Shown in pieces: positions 61,243 through 64,000 of a stretch of DNA of 64,000 bases. Every line of letters starts with the position of its first letter. Position 1 is the first letter of the stretch. Source of the DNA: Ostrea edulis. Lineage: Eukaryota. The stretch is from assembly GCF_947568905.1 (NCBI RefSeq), contig NC_079165.1, forward strand, positions 36,332,001-36,396,000, in the 5' to 3' direction. The notes under the pieces were generated by a model that saw only the letters and a list, made by a program, of their open reading frames with translations, had not been told where the DNA came from and searched no databases. The position numbers and the translations under genes were made by a program.

Positions 61243-64000
61243 AGAATTTCAGCCGCTAATTGGCTCCAAGGATGAAAATGTCTACAGGACACCTTCACTC
61301 ATATTAGAAAATAGGATTCAACTATTGATACTCTTCTGGGAAAGTGGATTTTGTAGAAAAACTTTTTTCGGCCTCCATTGGTCCCCAGGATGAAATTCCA
61401 AACCTTGTTGCGAATCTGTAGGACACCACCAATCATATTCCAAAGTATGTTTTGGCTACTGTGTAAAATGTAACAGTTGTATGAAAATGGTTTTTGTAGA
61501 AAAACGTCTTTTTTCGGCTACCATTTCAGGAGAGGTTTGAGGAAGAATATAGTGTAAAAGACGGATTGACCGGGATACATGTAACAACAATATTGTTGAA
61601 ATATCTTTAGAAAGTGTGGGTATAATCATTAGAAGAAAATCCCCTACACGGGAAGGTGGAAAGAATATATACAAAGTTAAAAGTTATGGCATATACATAC
61701 AACAGCCAACCGGCTAATCTCACATTAATATACAATTTACACATAATCGATGACACGGTAACCAATGGAAATGCGGAATTTGAAAATAATGTCATTATAC
61801 TTTAATTGTATTCTTATGCTTCTTTTCCTTCATTAATGTGTATTACTGTACATTTTTCTTTGCAGTCGGTGATCTCCTTTGTGCATACTGCTATCAGATC
61901 CCCAATGAGGAAGCCCGTCTTTACTGCATAAGAAAGTATTGTGACGCAGGTGGATCAGACTTTTGAGCAAAGTGAAGAACAACTTTAGTATGCAACATTG
62001 TTTGAATGTGAAGATGGGATTTATTTGCTACTTTGATTTGTATGAAATAATAAAATCATCGGAAGGAAAGAGACATATTCAGTCATTTTAACCCGTGCAA
62101 GAAATCTGTCTTACATGTATTTTTTCTAATTACAAATTCTTTCAAGGAAATCAGCTAAAATTTGCATACGAAAAGAATACTTCAATTTGCAAAGCCAATG
62201 TCTACCATGACTTGGGGAAAAACGTTTGTAATTAATACACTCGTCTGTTGACATGCCTATTTTTATCTCAAGGAACAGTTATCTGTCACTCATACTAATG
62301 ACTATGCATTTAAGAGAGAACTATGAAAGCAAATCCATGTGGCGGTTTGTGTAAATAATCATTTTTGTGCAAATTTATTAATAATCAAGTCATTCCTGCA
62401 CACAGGTGAAACAGAAACATAAAATAGACATTATCCTTTCCTTTTTTCCTTAAAGCTGTTACAGTTTTAAACACACTCTGGCATTTTCGTCCTCACCAAC
62501 TTATAAAATATCAAGAAAACCGGAGGCGTCATTTGATAGAGTATCATCTGCAGATTCATTAATCACCTTTGGCAGAGTGACTCTGACAGTTGAGACAAAC
62601 ACATATGAAAAATAAAGAGAAAGAAACAAAAATCGTACAGGGAATCATTTGAAAACATTGCTTTTCTTGAGAAGTTGGCTGATGCAAAATTACAAAGAGG
62701 TGTAACGGTTCAGGAACGGTGTTTGTGGTGTAAAAATGTAAACTGTCTAAAGCGCAGGGGTTGGGGGGTTGGGGGTGATTGCTGCATTACTATTTTGATA
62801 GCATTAGTGAATGGGATGAATGGAAGCTTGAAGTTATGAACATTGACTCTGGGTACTGAAGGACGAATACTAGTCCCCACCCCTCTCATCCCACTACGAT
62901 TTAGGATTTTGAAGTTTTGTAAAAATAACATGCAGTGGTTTTTAAGATTAATTTGTGGTTTGTCAAGAATTTTAGTCGAGTATCACCTCGGGCTGCCCAC
63001 CCCAAACACACACATGGCGACACATTTTAAAAAAAACCCGATGTTACATGCCTGATAAATCACATAATGAAGATATCATTTGTATTCCTCCATAGCATTA
63101 ATTTTATATCTGTAATATGACACGAAGTTTGGCGTCCAGGATTCTTACCACCTACTTTGATTTCTCAAATTCATTTTCACATCTAAATTATCTTATAACA
63201 ATCAAAGTCTATATTCAGTCATGCACATCTATCTTTCATTATTATTGAGTAAACAGTATTTAGGTAAAACTTTTTTATGCCAAAGCTACATACGTTGCCT
63301 TCAATGAAGCTAGTTTTGTCTTGTTTTGGGGGGGTTTTTGTTTGATTTTTTTGTTGTATAAAACAAACAATCTAGGCCCCATAACTGGATAGTTCACATA
63401 CATCATATACATGTTGCCTCCCTGTATAAAAATGATAAAACAAAGGCAAACAGGTGGTCAAAAATATGTCACTAACAAGGTGTTATACTAGTGTGCTAAC
63501 AAGGTATAAAACCTTATAGGCCACCCAAATTGAAGACAAATACTACACTAATCAGATTACACTAAGTTAAAGCATCACTTTTACTGGACACATGAAAGTA
63601 TGCAAAATAAACAAATTAAAAGTCGGGAAAAAAGAAGGGAAAAATAAACAAGTAATAATGAGGAACATCCCAGCCCTGGTAACAGATGTAATTGTAAATC
63701 ATAATAAAACTGTATCCTACACCAATTCGTAGCAAATTTGTGTCAAGAAACAATGTATAAATACATAGTATGTGTATTATATTTCTAAACAATAGATTTT
63801 AGCATAATTTTGTATACAGATATAATTATCTTATATAATTAATAGTAAGCTACAATATAAAGAACTGTGATAGCCCAGCATAAATAATGTCTCCTCAAAC
63901 ATGTGAAAATCAGTATATCAAAAACATACAAAAAATTTAAATTGTCACACAAACATACCGTATCAAACTCCTACAATCAAAGGTCGCGTGGTCTTGTGGC

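Noticed and set aside
62500-62590. Second DTHD1-like fragment suggested by VTLPK on the minus strand
   Set aside because: Only a 5-residue match, followed by a stop, with no other ZU5/UPA/DD exons nearby.

Overview
AT-rich eukaryotic genomic DNA, most likely from a bivalve (oyster-like; inferred from its Helentron-borne ~166-bp satellite, SINE families and Penelope-like tails). There is a 200-N scaffold gap at 27192-27391. Three spliced genes could be rebuilt by hand with consistent GT-AG sites and intron phases. (1) SSNA1/NA14 on the minus strand: 3 exons, 116 aa. (2) A Kelch-repeat-only protein with no BTB/BACK domain on the minus strand: 7 exons, 370 aa. (3) Divergent from it on the plus strand, a DTHD1-like protein of about 1783 aa (ZU5-ZU5-UPA-death-death) whose first coding exon is 3.1 kb, acidic and contains thirteen 20-aa repeats. 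The rest is mostly mobile DNA: a decayed DIRS1-type retrotransposon with an intact right-end ICR/ITR, a second tyrosine-recombinase relic, two L1/Tx1 fragments, a young 5'-truncated L2/CR1 LINE, about 8 Penelope-like (probably Naiad) 3' ends, tRNA-derived SINEs, Helentron-type elements, MITEs and minisatellites. The most unusual observations are: a non-autonomous element with CAC...GTG 48-bp TIRs and a 5-bp TSD (Transib/RAG-like signature); the DTHD1-like architecture; a minisatellite built from a real 5' splice site; a transposon tail that supplies a 3' splice-site pyrimidine tract; and a tandem array of RFX X-box motifs. All family assignments come from motif recognition; no database search was run.
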